The position numbers were made by a program, and so were the translations under genes. A stretch of DNA of 248,000 nt from contig JAMWBK010000008.1 in NCBI GenBank assembly GCA_029953675.1, positions 1,632,001 to 1,880,000 on the forward strand, read 5' to 3'. Shown here one piece after another: positions 191,687 to 206,400 of the stretch. Each line of letters starts with the position of its first letter. Position 1 is the first letter of the stretch. The notes under the pieces are model-generated. The model was not told the origin of the DNA, ran no database searches, and was given only the letters and a program-made list of their open reading frames with translations. This DNA is from Rhodosorus marinus CCMP1338. Taxonomy: Eukaryota; Plantae; Rhodophyta.

Positions 191687-193621
191687 CTAGCCCACGGTCT
191701 TTCCATCGTTCGCAGGTACTGTGTTGGACGCGTAGTCGGGTCGAATTTCGTTCGGCCGCTTGGGAACCGGCGATCTTGGAGACTTATAAATGATGAACAA
191801 GAGCAGCGCCCGAACACACATCATCAGGTTAAGCGCAGCCCAAATCGCCTGTAGCGGAAGGCTGAGCTGCTTCACTAGACTGAGGCCCGCCCATGCACAA
191901 GCACAAGCCACTGTGACCGCCGCGGCAAGTGTGGTAAACTGTCGGCCCCCGGAGTAGATTCCGTCGAAGACAAACACCATGGCGTTGATGGGCATTGTGT
192001 ATGCCATGATCGGGAAGCTCTTCCTCAGAAGGTTCACCACGTTCGGATCCGCGGTGAACGCTGTGGAAAACCACCCGGAACATAGAGTTAGCACAACACT
192101 GAACGATACGCCCAATAGAAACCCGACTTGCAGAACCCTAATTCAGCAGTTAGATAGACGGGCCACAAAAGACTTAGCAGCAGGCCCCTTGAGCAAATTC
192201 ACCACCAGCCAAATTACTATTTGGAGATGCTATTTCGTCGATCGTACCTGTTCGATGCCTGTCTTGCTGTCTCATAATCTCCCCTTCCGAGGTTAACGGG
192301 AATGAGGGATTGCGCTGCGACGGACATGGAATCAAGCAATCGCGAAAATAGCGTCCATATCTGCCTGCCGATTTCAAACGCCGCCAGATTGACGCTGCCT
192401 TTCGATGCCGCAGTTGCTGTCGCGAAGGAAACGGTGGACATGATTGACAGCGTTCGGACGGACAAGATAACGCCAGTTTTCAGCAACGGAACTACTTTTG
192501 TCAACTCCGGAGGCCTCCTGAGATCGGACACCTTCAGAAGACCTTTCCTGACCATGAGGATGAACAGCCCAGTTGAAAGCGTGATTTGTCCCATAGCAGT
192601 CGCCAGACCAGCCCCGATAACTCCCATCTTGTAGTAGAAGATCAGCAGTGGGAACAGAGTTAGGTTCACCACATCCGCGATAATTCCCACAAAGAACGGT
192701 GTCCTAGTATCTTGATAACCGCGAAACGCTGCCTGACAAACCATGATCGACAGAAAGAACGGTGCGGCAAGAATTCTCGCCCTCAAGTACGACTTGGCGT
192801 ACGGAAGGACAAGCGTATTGGCACCGAAGAACTGCACAATTGGGCTTGTGAATGCAGACAGGACAATGACTGCTGTCATGCCAGCGATGAAGGCAATCCA
192901 CAGAGCCGAAGCTATGGTTCTCGAAGCCAATTCTCGATCCCCTCGACCGAAGGCCTCTGCGATCTGTGGCGTGGTTACCATCCCCAAAAAGTTAAAACAT
193001 GTAAAGGACAAATTGAAAACGTTGTTGCTGATTCCCACGCCACCAAGTGAGAGAGCACCGAGGCGGCCCAGAAACGCCGTATCCGCCAGCGCGACGAGCG
193101 GATCCAAGGCAAGAGCACCGAGAGCTGGAATAGACAACTTGGCTATCTCCCGATCCACTTCAGATTGTGTGAAGATCTCGCGAACACTCTTTTGTACATT
193201 CTGCAGCCGGACCGGGATGGAAACAAATCACGCTCGTCTCGATGAGCACAAGAAGTAATGAAATCATGATAACGTGGGAAGATATTTCGTGGCCTCGACC
193301 CCTCTAAACTAACAATCTCTTAGGCCAACCTGATCGTACCTGAAGGAACACTGGTCGCTCAGTGACAACAACCTCTTCGTCGGCTGCTGCTTCCTCCTCT
193401 TCGAAACTGTCAAGTTTATCCGAACTGGGCGTGTCCGCGATTTTTGCGTGCGTCAATTCCCTCCCTCGTTTTCGACAATCCCATCGTTTCCAGACCAACC
193501 CCTTACGAGACTCAACCGCTCTGTTGTTTCCAGCTGGTACACTAGGCACGAAACCTCCGACCATCGAAAAAAACAGTCGGCGCTCTTCAAACTCCCCTAC
193601 ACCCCCCAACGGGAAGCCCAC
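191687..193621 (-). CDS. Plastid-targeted MATE efflux transporter, spliced
   Basis: DPLVALADTAFLGRLG, FRGYQDTRTP, DGIYSG. Confidence 0.9.
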
Positions 193622-196053
193622 TCAGATATTCACAATATTACAGCACTTTCTTACTGAACCACAATGGGCCAAAAAAAACAGAAATAAAAATACCCACCCC
193701 ACTCCTCTCCTCCCTCCCACAACTGCTAGCAACTTCAAACCACCAATTAAAAACGTCTATAAAGCACTCTCCTCACGCTCCGCTAGACAACGATTTGCAA
193801 ACGGACCATCCAGTTGATACCACCAACAAGCACAGATCGAGGGGGAACGTTATCTCAAAAAGGAATAGAAGGTCTCAAGATACTAAACTCCAGTCATCCA
193901 AAATCTCTCCTCAATCTCAACGCTAATCCGTTACCCCCAGCCTGATCAAACTAAAACAAGGAAATACCTATTCAAACAGGATACGTAGAGACTTTTACTT
194001 TTCCTCTTTCTTTCCCATCCTTCCCAACTTCAACCCCCAACCCCCCTCCCGCGCCTCCCCCACATACCCACAAAAAAAGCATCTTCATTCCATCGCAGCC
194101 GGCGCACCGACAGTGCCACCCATTTCCCCCACTTTCGTCCAAATGGGGTTTTGTGAAAACCGCTTTCCCACCGAGGTCATGGGAAATGACTCAATTTAAC
194201 TGTCATCCACGAACGCCCTAAATATCTCTCAAGGCTAGCTTTGTGATGAAAGAGTAAATTCTTTATTGTAAATAAAACGAGAGTATATGACGAGAATAAA
194301 TGTATTTAAGAAATGTTTTTGCATAGGTGACAATTAATTCATAGCTCGATTCACATGTTGGCTGACCGATTTACCGATTCGCTCTCTGAAAATTCTTTGA
194401 ATCGGATAGATCCCGTTTAGTGTCACTGATGCCCTGGATGATTTTTCTGAATTTTGAAGTTTGTGTTGATTAGATTGAAAATATGGAGCGTTAGAGGTTT
194501 TTCTTGATTGAATAAGGGATTCTGAGAGCAGATGGGAGAGATGACAGATAAGCGCATGCTTGCCGAATGCTATGATCGTGGAATTGAGATGGTGTTTTGC
194601 TTAATTATTAGAGGCCCTGAATTGGGCGGGGGTGGAGGTTCTGGATGCATTTATCTTACCCCCCTTATCCTAATTTTACGGGAAAAAAGGTAGATACATC
194701 TGGGCGATTATTTAATTTTCTAGATGAAATAAAAATGAGTATAGTGCGATGGTAGGCACGTATATCAACCCGTACATCAGCAATAGATTAACGCGATAGG
194801 TTTGTGAACGCGGACTTTTCGATGGGGTTGATCGAAGGAGCACGCAGACTCGAACAGGGCCAGGAGGTCAACCATAAACCCTAAATAGCTCATTTTCACA
194901 TTTATTTATAAAAATAACCATTTCCCGGCAATGTACGGTATCGAATTACCCCTAAGAAGTTGCGCGCAGCTTCGGGGTCAACAGAGTCAATCTTTGTGCT
195001 CATAATGACTGCGATAATGGCTGACGAAAAATAGGACAGACTGTATTATACAACCAATCACACTCTCGAAAACCACACGAGTCGTAATTTATTCTACTAT
195101 ACATGATAACTCAAATGCAGACGTGGCACACGCCCCTTTCGTGCGGAGCTTTCTCCTTCGCAGTCTCCATCGGTTCCATAATGACTGAGATTTCTGAAAA
195201 CGAGTATCCTGGGGAAGCGGAAGAATTCATCCTTTGTTTTTCGGTTGAATTAAGATGGATGGATCTGGAAAGCAACGGCTTTGCTTGCGGAACTGAGTGA
195301 TCAGGCTTGCTCCGCCGAGCTGGCGATGGAAACGATGGGTCGTGCTTTGGGGGGGGGGGGAGTGTGGGGAGCGCAGGTGGATGCGATGGACAGGAATTCC
195401 GTTTAGTAGCATCCATAGTACACTGGGCATATATGAATTCCCTTGTTTCTAGTCTTTTATCTGGTCTTTGTCTCGTGAACAGTACGCAAGGACGTGGAGA
195501 GTTCTGATCTTGACCTGGATTTCCGTCTCGAGCGGGTGCCCCGTCGCATTTTCTTCTGTTTTTGGAAGGGGGAGGTGACTTTTGAAAGTAGCACCGCGAG
195601 TGACGGCCATGTTCATCTTTGATTCGCGATCGTAGGGTTTTACCGCGTTCGCCCGTGCACAAGCTTTCGGACATGGCCCGTGGTGCCTTGTTTGTTGAAA
195701 TTAAAGTGCTATTCAGGATGGCCAGATCGCTCCATGGAAACAGAATCTCCCCGGCATCGTAGTCGGGGAAAAAGTTTGCCGCGCCCATGTCTTCTGTCCC
195801 TTCCCCCTCCAAACTCAATGTCTGTTTCCGAAAGGGTCGCGCAGGGCTGGCTGGTAAGAAGAGTAGGATAAAAAATCACTTGATTTTTATAGAGATAGTT
195901 AAAAGTATTCGCACTCCAACATTTGGAGAGGTTGGTATTTCAATAGAACAAAAAAAATATACGGTTCAGTTCTCCACTATGGCTTCCATTACATCTCCCG
196001 CGCGGCTTCCATCTTCGAATAGCTCTCCGCCACGCCAGTCCTTGGCGCGCTTC

Positions 196054-196806
196054 CTAGTAAATTGCGAGTACGAGCTCGCTCAACAAAGTTCCCTGCGAGG
196101 GATCCATGATCTCATCCGTTGCCCCGCCAAACTCTTCCTCGTCCAGCTTGCCATGATGACCAGAGAAGATGCTCCGCGGATCAAAGTCACCCGTCTTCTT
196201 CTCCGTTAAGTCCCCCTGGTTCACAAGAAAGCTCGACTTCGACTCCGCGCTATGGTCCCCCGGCTGAAGACTCGAAAGCATCTCTATGTCTCCCCCCTTC
196301 GTACTATTCTCTCCGTTCAGTCCAATTTTCATTTCATACTCCTAGGGGAAAGAAGAAAGCTCTGTCGGTCAACACAGAGATTATCACTCACAACATGCGA
196401 CAGATGACCCCTCTCTCAAACCCACCTTCTTGTGCTTTTGCCACAACCATAAATTATCCGCTCTGAATCCTCTGTTCTCCTCCCGTAGCTGGTGGATTTC
196501 ATTGCGCAAGTATGTCTTGTCATTTCTCAACTCGAGTTTCTCATTCTTCAAAGTATCCAGTTCCTTCCTCGTCAGCGCAATCATTCCCTCTATTTCTTCC
196601 AACAAACGCGCCTGCCTTTGAATCTTCTCGCTGGCCCGAACTAGAATCTTCTCCTTATCCGACCGCCTGCCAAGCGCACGATTCCCGACCTCCTCCGATC
196701 CCGCTGAAGAAGAGAACAGCAGCGCCTGCAGTTCATCAAAGCGAGTGTGCATGAGCTCCCTTCGCTTCCTCTCCAGCGTCCTCTTCTTTCCCTTTGCACT
196801 ATCCAT
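196054..196806 (-). CDS. bHLH-zipper transcription factor
   Basis: ERKRRELMHTRFDELQALL...DKEKIL..A. Confidence 0.85.
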
Positions 196807-198857
196807 CGCCTCAAACCAAACAAATAATAAAAACAGCTACACAGCGCAAGACCACCACGGCGTCCTCCACCGCACCAACCAAAAAAAACAAAAACCAGCG
196901 ACAAGAGAGGTAACACCGAAAGAAAAGAGAAAACGGCTCAATCTATACACCCTCAGAAATGTTTCATACTCCTCTCACAGACAAAACAAAACAAACCCTT
197001 CTTCCTTTTCTACAAAGGTACCTCCGTCCTACCCTTTCCCTACTCCTTATCCATCCCCACCATCCCCAATCCTTCAATTTCAAAGCTCTTATGTGACTAA
197101 TGGTCCTCCAACAAATCCTCCCAAAATAGCCCAAGAAGCCTGGGCACCGAAAGGTCAGACTATTGGGGGTTCATTTAAGCAATTTTGCTCGTTTTTTTTA
197201 ACGTCCTGTCAAGATGTTATCAAATTTTCAAGAACGATAGACCTAAAGCAACAACTTTCATACTAAGCATCGCTTTTTGCAAGAGACTTCGTCATCGTTT
197301 GTATATTTTGTATATTTTAGGGCTGTTTTGGGCGCGAATTTTTGTCGATTGGAGAGAGCACAATTGGTTCTATCGATAGTACACTTTATGTTTAATGTTA
197401 ATTCGGTAAATAATTCTTTTTATGATATTTATTTTCCGTTTTATGGGTGATGATGATTGTTATTACACAATAGGATAGTAGAGGATGGTTGGCAGGGATA
197501 GGAACACTCCGGCTTTTTTTACTAATTTACGAAAGAAAAAAGCAATCGCGGAGGGGGGACTAGGTAGGCAGTTCTTGCTTTATATTTTTAGTTTGTTTCG
197601 TGGGAATTATAGGCACCTGACCGGATTTTTACGTCGTCTCGTGGTGTGGGGGGGTGTATTCGGTGGTGCGGCAAATTTTTTTAAGGGTACTTGAGTTTTG
197701 GTATCAGGAGCCATATCGAAATATAGGAAGCGCTGAATGCTATTGAATTTGATGAATTTCTTCCTTACTTTTCAGGAAACGCAGATCACGAGGGATTCTG
197801 GTGACATAGTGATAGATCGCGTTGGTGATTTTTTTGCAATCTAATAAGGGGTGGTATGTATATATCAATTTGGATGAATATGGATGATAAAATTTCAAAT
197901 ATTAAATAATCTTCTCGAACAATACTCCGGCTACTAGCCATGTTGGGGTTTGCAAATCCAGGAAACGGGGGGAGGGCACTGACTCGTCAATCCGTCATCG
198001 GTTGGGCGCCCCTGATGTAGGAAATTAAAAACGCCCGAAAGCAATCCGTCACCGGAAACTGTGGAATGAATATCGAAAATAAATACGACTCTGTCGACCC
198101 TAAAATGGAAAATCAGAGAGCTGTCTTATTATATGGCTAAGATTTTTTTCTGAGAGAAGGGGGGCGCGGAGGGGAGGGGGTGGGTGTTTGTGTATGTGTG
198201 TCTGTGAGCTGGTTCAATCAGCATTCGCGAATTAGCTTCGTCCTATAGCTCGTCGTTATGAGTCTTTGGGGACAGTGCTTGAGTCCCTCCCCGTGGTTGC
198301 TTGAGTGCTTTAGGGGGATCAACTTGGGCGTTGCTAGCGCCCTTGAAATCTCTTCTAAGTGTTGTCTAGGGGTGGAGTTCCGCCGAGCTGCGGCATATCC
198401 CACCAGTGCCGGGTTCCTTCTGGATTTTTTTCAATTTCCTGAATCATTCATTGATTTCATAGGCTTTCGGCATTCCCGCCCCTCCCCAGCTCCCTCCCCA
198501 GCTCAACGGCCCCGAAAAAAAAGAAAAAAAAGGACAGCCTGTCCTTAGTTTTTAATAAATGAATTGTGCTAGACGTTTTGTTTTCAAATCCACGTTTCCC
198601 AGGATATCGTCCAATCACAAGTCTCGCATAAAGGGGCAAACTAAATTTAGAACTCTTATCTTTTTCATGGCTTATCTACATAAAGCTATAATTTTCAGTA
198701 ATTGTCATTTGTGTTGACGGTTCTTAATGTAGAAGAGTCGGAAATTTAGGATCAGCTAATTCAATCAATGTTTTGAATTAGCTGATCCTAAATTTCCGAC
198801 TCTTCTCGTTCGAAGAAATTGTATGACAGGCTGTCTAGGAAAACTTTCTGTGTTTTA

Positions 198858-201800
198858 CGTCTCAAACTGCCAGCTGGGTATTGCCTCAATTACTTCAGAT
198901 TTCCGGTTTTATTTCCCCCTAATTACTCCCTAATTAGGTAATATATCCCAATTCTATCTTGTTTTCTCCTATATCTTGCTTTTCTTTTCTTCTCTGCCCA
199001 GGTAACCTGGGAAATATCGAGTTTGCCCATCGTACTTATACTCTTGCTCCATCGGGATGTGCAATAACTATAAAGTCAAAAAGGGTGTTGCAGCTCCAGA
199101 GATTTTGGAACAGCCCTAGCATAATTTTGCATAGCCGGACATTGCTGGAAGGTGGAGACGTCACATCCCTGCCACGGAAGAAGAAGCGCGGGGTCGGGCA
199201 GATGCAGCAGCACGATGAAAGTTCATGTAGTAGCGAATTTGCCTTTTTGTAGCAGCGGTTTGTGGCAACTGATGAGCTGCAATCCATCGAGCATCAGCTA
199301 CAGTTTCACCCTCGAAGTATACCATATATTCGCTGGTTCCCTCTGGTTTCATCCGATGACCAAGTACGGATTTGATTCAAAGTCCGCGTAGGTTGTCGGC
199401 CGCTGGTCGTCCGCAATTAAGGTCCACCAGTACGAAGCATCGCTGACCAGGTAACATTCGGCCAAGTTTATCTTGTACGCATCGGCATCATCGGCAAGTT
199501 CCGCCAACTTGAAGTAGGTGCGGAGACTATTCAGGAACGTGCTGATAACTAAAGCATCTCGACGCCCGTCTTAGGTTTCGGGTTGGGGTGCGTGCAACTT
199601 GATCGGGGGCATGTTGGTCAGGTTCTTCTGGATTCTCGTCTCTCTCTTAAGGTCAGGTCCAGGTTTCGAAGTTTCTGGATCAGGTTTAACGGGTTTTCTG
199701 GTTGTGGGCTCATTTTCGTCAGGATCTCTGGTGGCGAATAGGGTCCTTAATCGCAAACATGCGATGAGACCAGATTTTTACGTCTCAAACTGCCAACTGG
199801 GTATTCAGGTTGTGTGTCAGGATGTACTTCTGTTTTTTCCGGTTCGTATTTTGGTGATTCTGGGTTATTTCCTTAAGCATACCCATTAATTGTTGCCAGA
199901 ATAGGCTGGTAAACTTCGTATCGCGATCGGAGACAATTGTTCGGGGTAGTCCCGCAAAGCGTACCCAGTTTTCGAAGAACAGTTCAGCGGTCTTGCATGG
200001 ATCTGCATCTGTCTTTGTTGGGATAAACTTTGCGTATTTCGAAAATCGGCCGACGATTATAAAAATTGCGTCGAAGCCGGATTCAGTCACCGGAAGACTG
200101 ACAATGAAGTCCATCGAGATATCTTGCAACTTTGATTCTGGTACTGGCAGAGGTTGTAAAAGCCCCTGAGCCGCCCTTAATGGTTTCTGACGCTGACATG
200201 TCTCACATTTCTGTATCAGGGACTGGACGTCATCTCGTAAGGTCCGCCAATAATATCGCCGCTTCAACAGGTTCACCCTTTTATGAAGCCCAAAATGTCC
200301 TCCCGTTGGCTCTTCCTGATGCCTCCGTAATAAATCGGGTATGAGTTTCTGGGGCACACAAACACGATGATGTTTGTACAGAATGTCCTGTTTCCTGCGA
200401 AATCCCTGCTCCGCATATTTTGCTGCTTCAGAGTAAACTGCGGTGAAATCAGGATCTTGCAAGTAAGCTTCTGACCAGTCTTCGGAGGGCGAGATATGTA
200501 AATCGCTTATTGCCGTTTTCCTTTGACATCGAGTACCAGAAGGGAACAGAAAATATCGCGGATCCTCTCAGTCGAGGCGCGATCAACCAGATGGCGATCT
200601 CCAGTATCTTGCCCTACGAAGATTGGTCAGAAGATTGGTCAGAAGCTTACTTGCAAGATCCTGATTTCACCGCAGTTTACTCTGAAGCAGCAAAATATGC
200701 GGAGCAGGGATTTCGCAGGAAACAGGACATTCTCTACAAACATCATCGTGTTTGTGTGCCCCAGAAACTCGTACCCGATTTATTACGGAGGCATCACGAA
200801 GAGCCAACGGGAGGACATTTTGGGCTTCATAAAACGGTGAACCTGTTGAAGCGGCGAAATTATTGGCGGACCTTACGAGATGACGTCCAAGTCCCTGATA
200901 CAGAAATGTGAGACATGTCAGCGTCAGAAACCATTAAGGGCGGCTCAGGGGCTTTTACAACCTCTGCCAGTACCAGAATCAAAGTTGCAAGATATCTCGA
201001 TGGACTTCATTGTCAGTCTTCCGTTGACTGAATCCGGCTTCGACGCAATTTTCATAGTCGTCGACCGATTTTCGAAATACGCAAAGTTTATCCCAACAAA
201101 GACAGTGCAGATCCATGCAAGACCGCTGAACTGTTCTTCGAAAACTGGGTACGCTTTGCGGGACTACCCCGAACAATTGTCTCCGATCGCGATACGAAGT
201201 TTACCAGCCTATTCTGGCAACAATTAATGGGTATGCTTAAGGAAATAACCAAGAATCACCAAAATACGAACCGGAAAAAACAGAAGTACATCCTGACACA
201301 CAACCTGAATACCCAGCTGGCAGTTTGAGACGTAAAAATCTGGTCTCATCGCATGTTTGCGATTAAGGACCCTATTCGCCACCAGAGATCCTGACGAAAA
201401 TGAGCCCACAACCAGAAAACCCGTTAAACCTGATCCAGAAACTTCGAAACCTGAACCTGACCTTAAGAGAGAGACGAGAATCCAGAAGAACCTGACCAAC
201501 ATGACCCCGATCAAGTTGCACGCACCCCAACCCAAAACCTACGACGGGCGCCGAGATGCTCTAGTTATCAGCACGTTCCTGAATAGTCTCCGCACCTACT
201601 TCAAGTTGGCGGAACTTGCCGATGATGCCAATGCGTACATTGATAAACTTGGCCGAAGGTTACCTGGTCAGCGATGCTTCGTACTGGTGGTCCTTAATTG
201701 CGGACGACAAGCGGCCGACAACCTACGCGGACTTTGAATCTACGTTGAGGGCGCAATTTTACCCCGCCGACGCTACGATACGAGCAAACAACAACTTGCG

Positions 201801-202850
201801 AATGCGAAGCAGAAAACCACGGTGGCCGCTTACTCAGGGTATTTTAACAAGTGCCTCATTCAAGTCGGTGCAATTTCGGACTCGGAGAAATCCGACCGGT
201901 TCGTTGAAGGGCTAAAGCCTGAGATAAGGAAATATATCTATATTCACGATATTTCCACATTCGAGGGAGCCCAGGCTCTCACCCTGAAAATTGAAGGCGC
202001 TGAGATGCCTACCCAGCCCCATCGAGTTAACGAGAAGTTTTCAACTGAGAAATCTACCTTCCCACTACGTCAACCTGCTATATATATGGAATTTGACCAT
202101 GTTGATAAGGTGGTTACGAACGGGGAGGGGGGGGAAGGGGGTAGTTTAGGCGTGGCCCTGCTTTCTCTGCCCTTGTGGGGGTTATGGTGAGCTTTTGATG
202201 GAGTGACTGAGGGTTTATGAGCTTTTGACCATTTTGGTTCGGATGAGGTGGAACTAGTGGAGCCCTGACCACTATGGCAAAAAGAAAAGGAGGGCGCTTA
202301 CCATGGCGAGAGAGTTGCGCGTGGTGGGTGATGACGTAATCGTAACCCCCGATGTTTTCGATCCCGAGTACTAATGTGAATGAGGTAGGAGACTTGGCAT
202401 TCACGGATGGCGAGACAGCTGGCAGACTGATGATCACGAGACGTGCAGGATATATTAGACACGAGATGTGCAGGATTTATGTGGCGCGAGATTTGCAGGA
202501 AACATGACACAAGATGGCGATGAGACCAGATTTTTACGTCTCAAACTGCCAGCTGGGTATTGCCTCAATTACTCCAGATTTCCGGTTTTATTTCCCCCTA
202601 ATTACTCCCTAATTAGGTAATATATCCCAATTCTATCTTGTTTTCTCCTATATCTTCCTTTTCTTTTTTTCTCTCTCCAGCTAACCTGGGAAATATCGAC
202701 CTTGCCCATCGTACTTATACTCTTGCTCCATCGGGATGTGCAATAACTATTAGGATCAAAAGGGTGTTGCAACTCCAGAGATTTTGGCGCAGCCCTAGCA
202801 TAATTTTGCATAGCCGGACATTGCTGGAAGGTGGAGACGTCACACTGTGC
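198858..202850. mobile_element. Scrambled Gypsy chromovirus (same family as 1-3407) with a 1.1-kb inverted duplication and flanking direct repeats
   Basis: Arms 199374-200482 and 200630-201740; integrase GHFG...CETCQ, gag and chromodomain; direct repeats at ~198858 and ~202538. Confidence 0.88.
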
Positions 202851-203479
202851 AGGTGATTGACCGTCCTTGAGGAAGGTGATAGGTGAATGAATGCGTTTTG
202901 GGTGGGAGCTTTTGGTGGCGTGTAGATTAGACAAGGTTTATAGACCAGGCAATACTTGTCATGGGGTGGATGAACGCATGTTGGAAGCTCGACTGACTGA
203001 AAGCAGTGAAGATTTGAGTAAAGGACAGCTTTCCACTCTGGTTGGAGATTGTTTTGTTTTGAAAAGCAACGATCGCTTTCCCGTTAGTATTTTAATGGAG
203101 GTCATCACACTCTGTATTATTAGATCTAGTAGAGTAGAGGTATGGGAACGGTTAGGTCTAAACAATCCTACCCACAATAATATTCGAGTACACTCAGCTC
203201 TCTGGAGGTTTGTTCGGTCCTGAACCTTCATCGGTGTTGAGAAGTATACCTCAACGCAGCTTCGCTCAAGAGTCAGTACTGAGCGTGTCAAGAATTGCGT
203301 TCCAAGAGGATAGTTCGACGAGACAAGCCATTACCTCAAGCTCGGCGCGATCAATTGATCAACGCCTGTAAATGGTAGTCCTTCATAAGGTTGCGCCCAC
203401 CGTCCTTTGTGTTGACCTGGTTTCTAGTATCCGCCGTGAGATGAATGCCATCGATTGATCTCAGAAAGGGATTTTCAAC

Positions 203480-206400
203480 AACGCTGAGGATGACAGATGC
203501 GACGGGAGGGACGACGTCTGCAGAGGGAACGTGTTGATCTTTTTTCAGTTGCGGTCAGGTGGGTTACTCCACCTTCGCTAGATATTTCAGCGCGAAGGGA
203601 TCATCCGCTCCGCGCTGCTTTGTTCTTTGTTTCTGTTTTCGCTGGAAAAGATGTCTTGAGTAGGACGACTCTCGTGGATCGCTCTGGGCGGCTTGGCTTC
203701 TGTTTTCTCATTTCTTCTTCGGAAGGATGGAAAACAACGCTAAAATGAGCCGCAGCTCTTCGAGTAGGGTAAAATGTTTCGTAGCTCGCCCCGGGGGACG
203801 ACCTTGCCGGAATGGAACAGTGCGACAGTCACGAATGTGTGCACGGGTACAAGCAAACCTGGCAGGCAGGAATAGACAAGGTACGGATTTCTCTTTCTTT
203901 TCAGTCAGTGAAGCTCTCCGATTTTGTCCTTATGTGGGTCACAAATGCTGAAGCATTTAAATCTTGTCCTGTCTTCTCAGACGGACCACCTGCTAGGCTC
204001 TTTCAAAGCTGGAAGAGCCCCAATTGGGCGTACCAGAGCGCGGTGGCCGAAGCTGAGAATGTCAAACTCGTGCAGGATCGCTCTCTTGAAGAGTTCTCCG
204101 TAAGCTAGAAAACTTAGACCACCGCTTGTGCATTGATTTGCGCACCTATCACAGGGGGCAGAATTTAAGTACAGCGATCTATTTTACAGGTTGAGCTTCT
204201 GTTAATCGCATCAAGCCGGCTGTACACTGCCCTCAGTAAAGTGTCCCTCCAGAGCGTGCGAAAATGGACATTGAGAGGAATGCTTTCATTAACGGTTCTA
204301 TCCTCGGCACTTCTGCTCTGGATCGGCTACTTTCGAGTTCAAGAGAACATCGCCATGTTGACGTTTGGAAGTCTATCCCAAGCGATGAATAGAGAGGTAA
204401 CTTCGGGAAACCCCGTTCCTCATCGCTTCCTGCTGGACCAAACCGCTGTTGCTCTAGTCGAATTTCCTGACAAAGGCTTGCTTCCATGCCGGCATTGGTA
204501 CACTCCAGGTGAACCTTGGAAGGCTACGCAGACTGAGCTTTTTCGGTCTCTGTTTCGGCAAAACGTCCCTCGCGAACTATATTCCAGCGAAAGGTGCTCT
204601 TGGCACATCCTGGGAGGAAGCACAAGGCTTCCCCACAGGTTCCTCTAATCAATGCGCTTGTCGTTCCCACTAGGAGAGATCATGACGAAACCGGACGTGA
204701 GCATAGATTCGATCGACGTTGAAGTTGTCGGGTTCTTCCCATTCCTCTTCAAGGATGAAACCCTCAAAGTTAACCTTAACTTACATCGACCGGTCGTAGC
204801 TCTCAGGCAGTCCTTGGAACCTGATAACCACTTCTGGGATCTCGGGATCCCGTTGACCGGAGCTGACGCTACAGTAAGGCACCAGCTTGCAAAACGGCAA
204901 TGGGCGAGCTCTCGACGACGTTGTTCCTAAAACTCGCTTCTACTCCGGATCCACTTGTGCTATAGCAACGTCGGGAGCGGATCAAGCGGTACCTGACCAA
205001 CGAAATTGTAAGGCCCGGGAAGGTCTCTCTAGACAATGCGAATGTGAAACTCACGCCATCTGGACACTTCGAGTTCGGACATGGACGGGTCACTCAAGAA
205101 CTTAGAGGAGTGCGTGGGGACATCGACTTTGATGCGATGGTGGTTAACGCATCTGCTGAAGGTCTCGTTTCCGACGATGGTGGCAAGATCAACGCGTCAT
205201 GCTTTTGCGATCTTGATAGTCTAGTGTACGCTGCTGGATCCACACTCTTGGCGTGTGTTCGGGCCACGCGCTCTGGCGAAGCTGAGGCTGATTGTACTTC
205301 GCTTTCGTTTATTTCACTTTTCCCGGCGCGTTCTCAACGATCAGTGCCCCTGAGGGAATCACCGTGCAGACGAACGTGAAGATGAGTGGACTAAGCAGCA
205401 GTGCAGCCGCCGGGTTTCTGAATCTTCCATTCCGGGCCACCGAAGGTGTCTGCAACGGAAATCTGAACGTGACCTTTGGAAGGGACTTGATAGTCCCAAA
205501 GGTTGACGGCGATCTCTTCCTAGAGTCGATTAATCTCGTGTTTCATCCGGATCCGAGTAAGTTTTTGAAGCTCCTGGAATCCGTTTCCAGCATGATCTAA
205601 ATACAGTTTCGGATTGCTCGGAAAATAGAAATGCCGCCGCTGAGTGATTGCAGTGGTAGGCTACGATTTGACACGCACGAGGTGTTCTTCGAGAGCCCTA
205701 CTGCAGTCTGCGGTACTATTCCAATGTTTTTTGATGGCTCCATCGACTTTCAGGGAGACTACAAGCTGAGCTCTCAAATCCGTCCAATGGATGTGAACTC
205801 GCTCCTTGACACATTTCAGATGGAAAGGTTCTTCCCAGTAGAGGTTGGTCTCATATGCAATTGGATATGGCATACTAGAGCCTTTGTCTCACCACTTCTC
205901 TTTTGTGGCTTCGTCTTTGCGATTTCACTAGGGAATGTTTGAAGGCCTTCTACAAATGAGAGGACCCTTGGAGGCGCCTATCATGACTGGACGAGCTCAT
206001 TCTACGGTCGAGGACAACATCGTCGACAAAATGGATGTCAGGAATGCGACCGCTGAGATATACTGGGACATCAGCTCGGGAAGGCTGCAGTTTCCAAATA
206101 TCAAGCTAGATCTTCTCGCCGGCGGTGTTGTCACAGGGAACGGAACGCTGTCGTTCGACATGACCAAGTAGGATAAAACGCGACTCCACGACATCGATAC
206201 TCCCAGTGGACTAACGGGAAAAATTTTCGCCGCGTGCCTCATTCCTAAGATTCCAGGGCGAAAGCTCGGCTGAACCACGGGATGCCATACCTGGCGAACC
206301 GGAGGATATTTTCCAGGTGGACCCGTACGCACTGGAGAGGCCCAGTGAAACAATCCTCTTCAATTTTTACGCTAAGAACGTTCCGGTAAGCGTTTCCATA

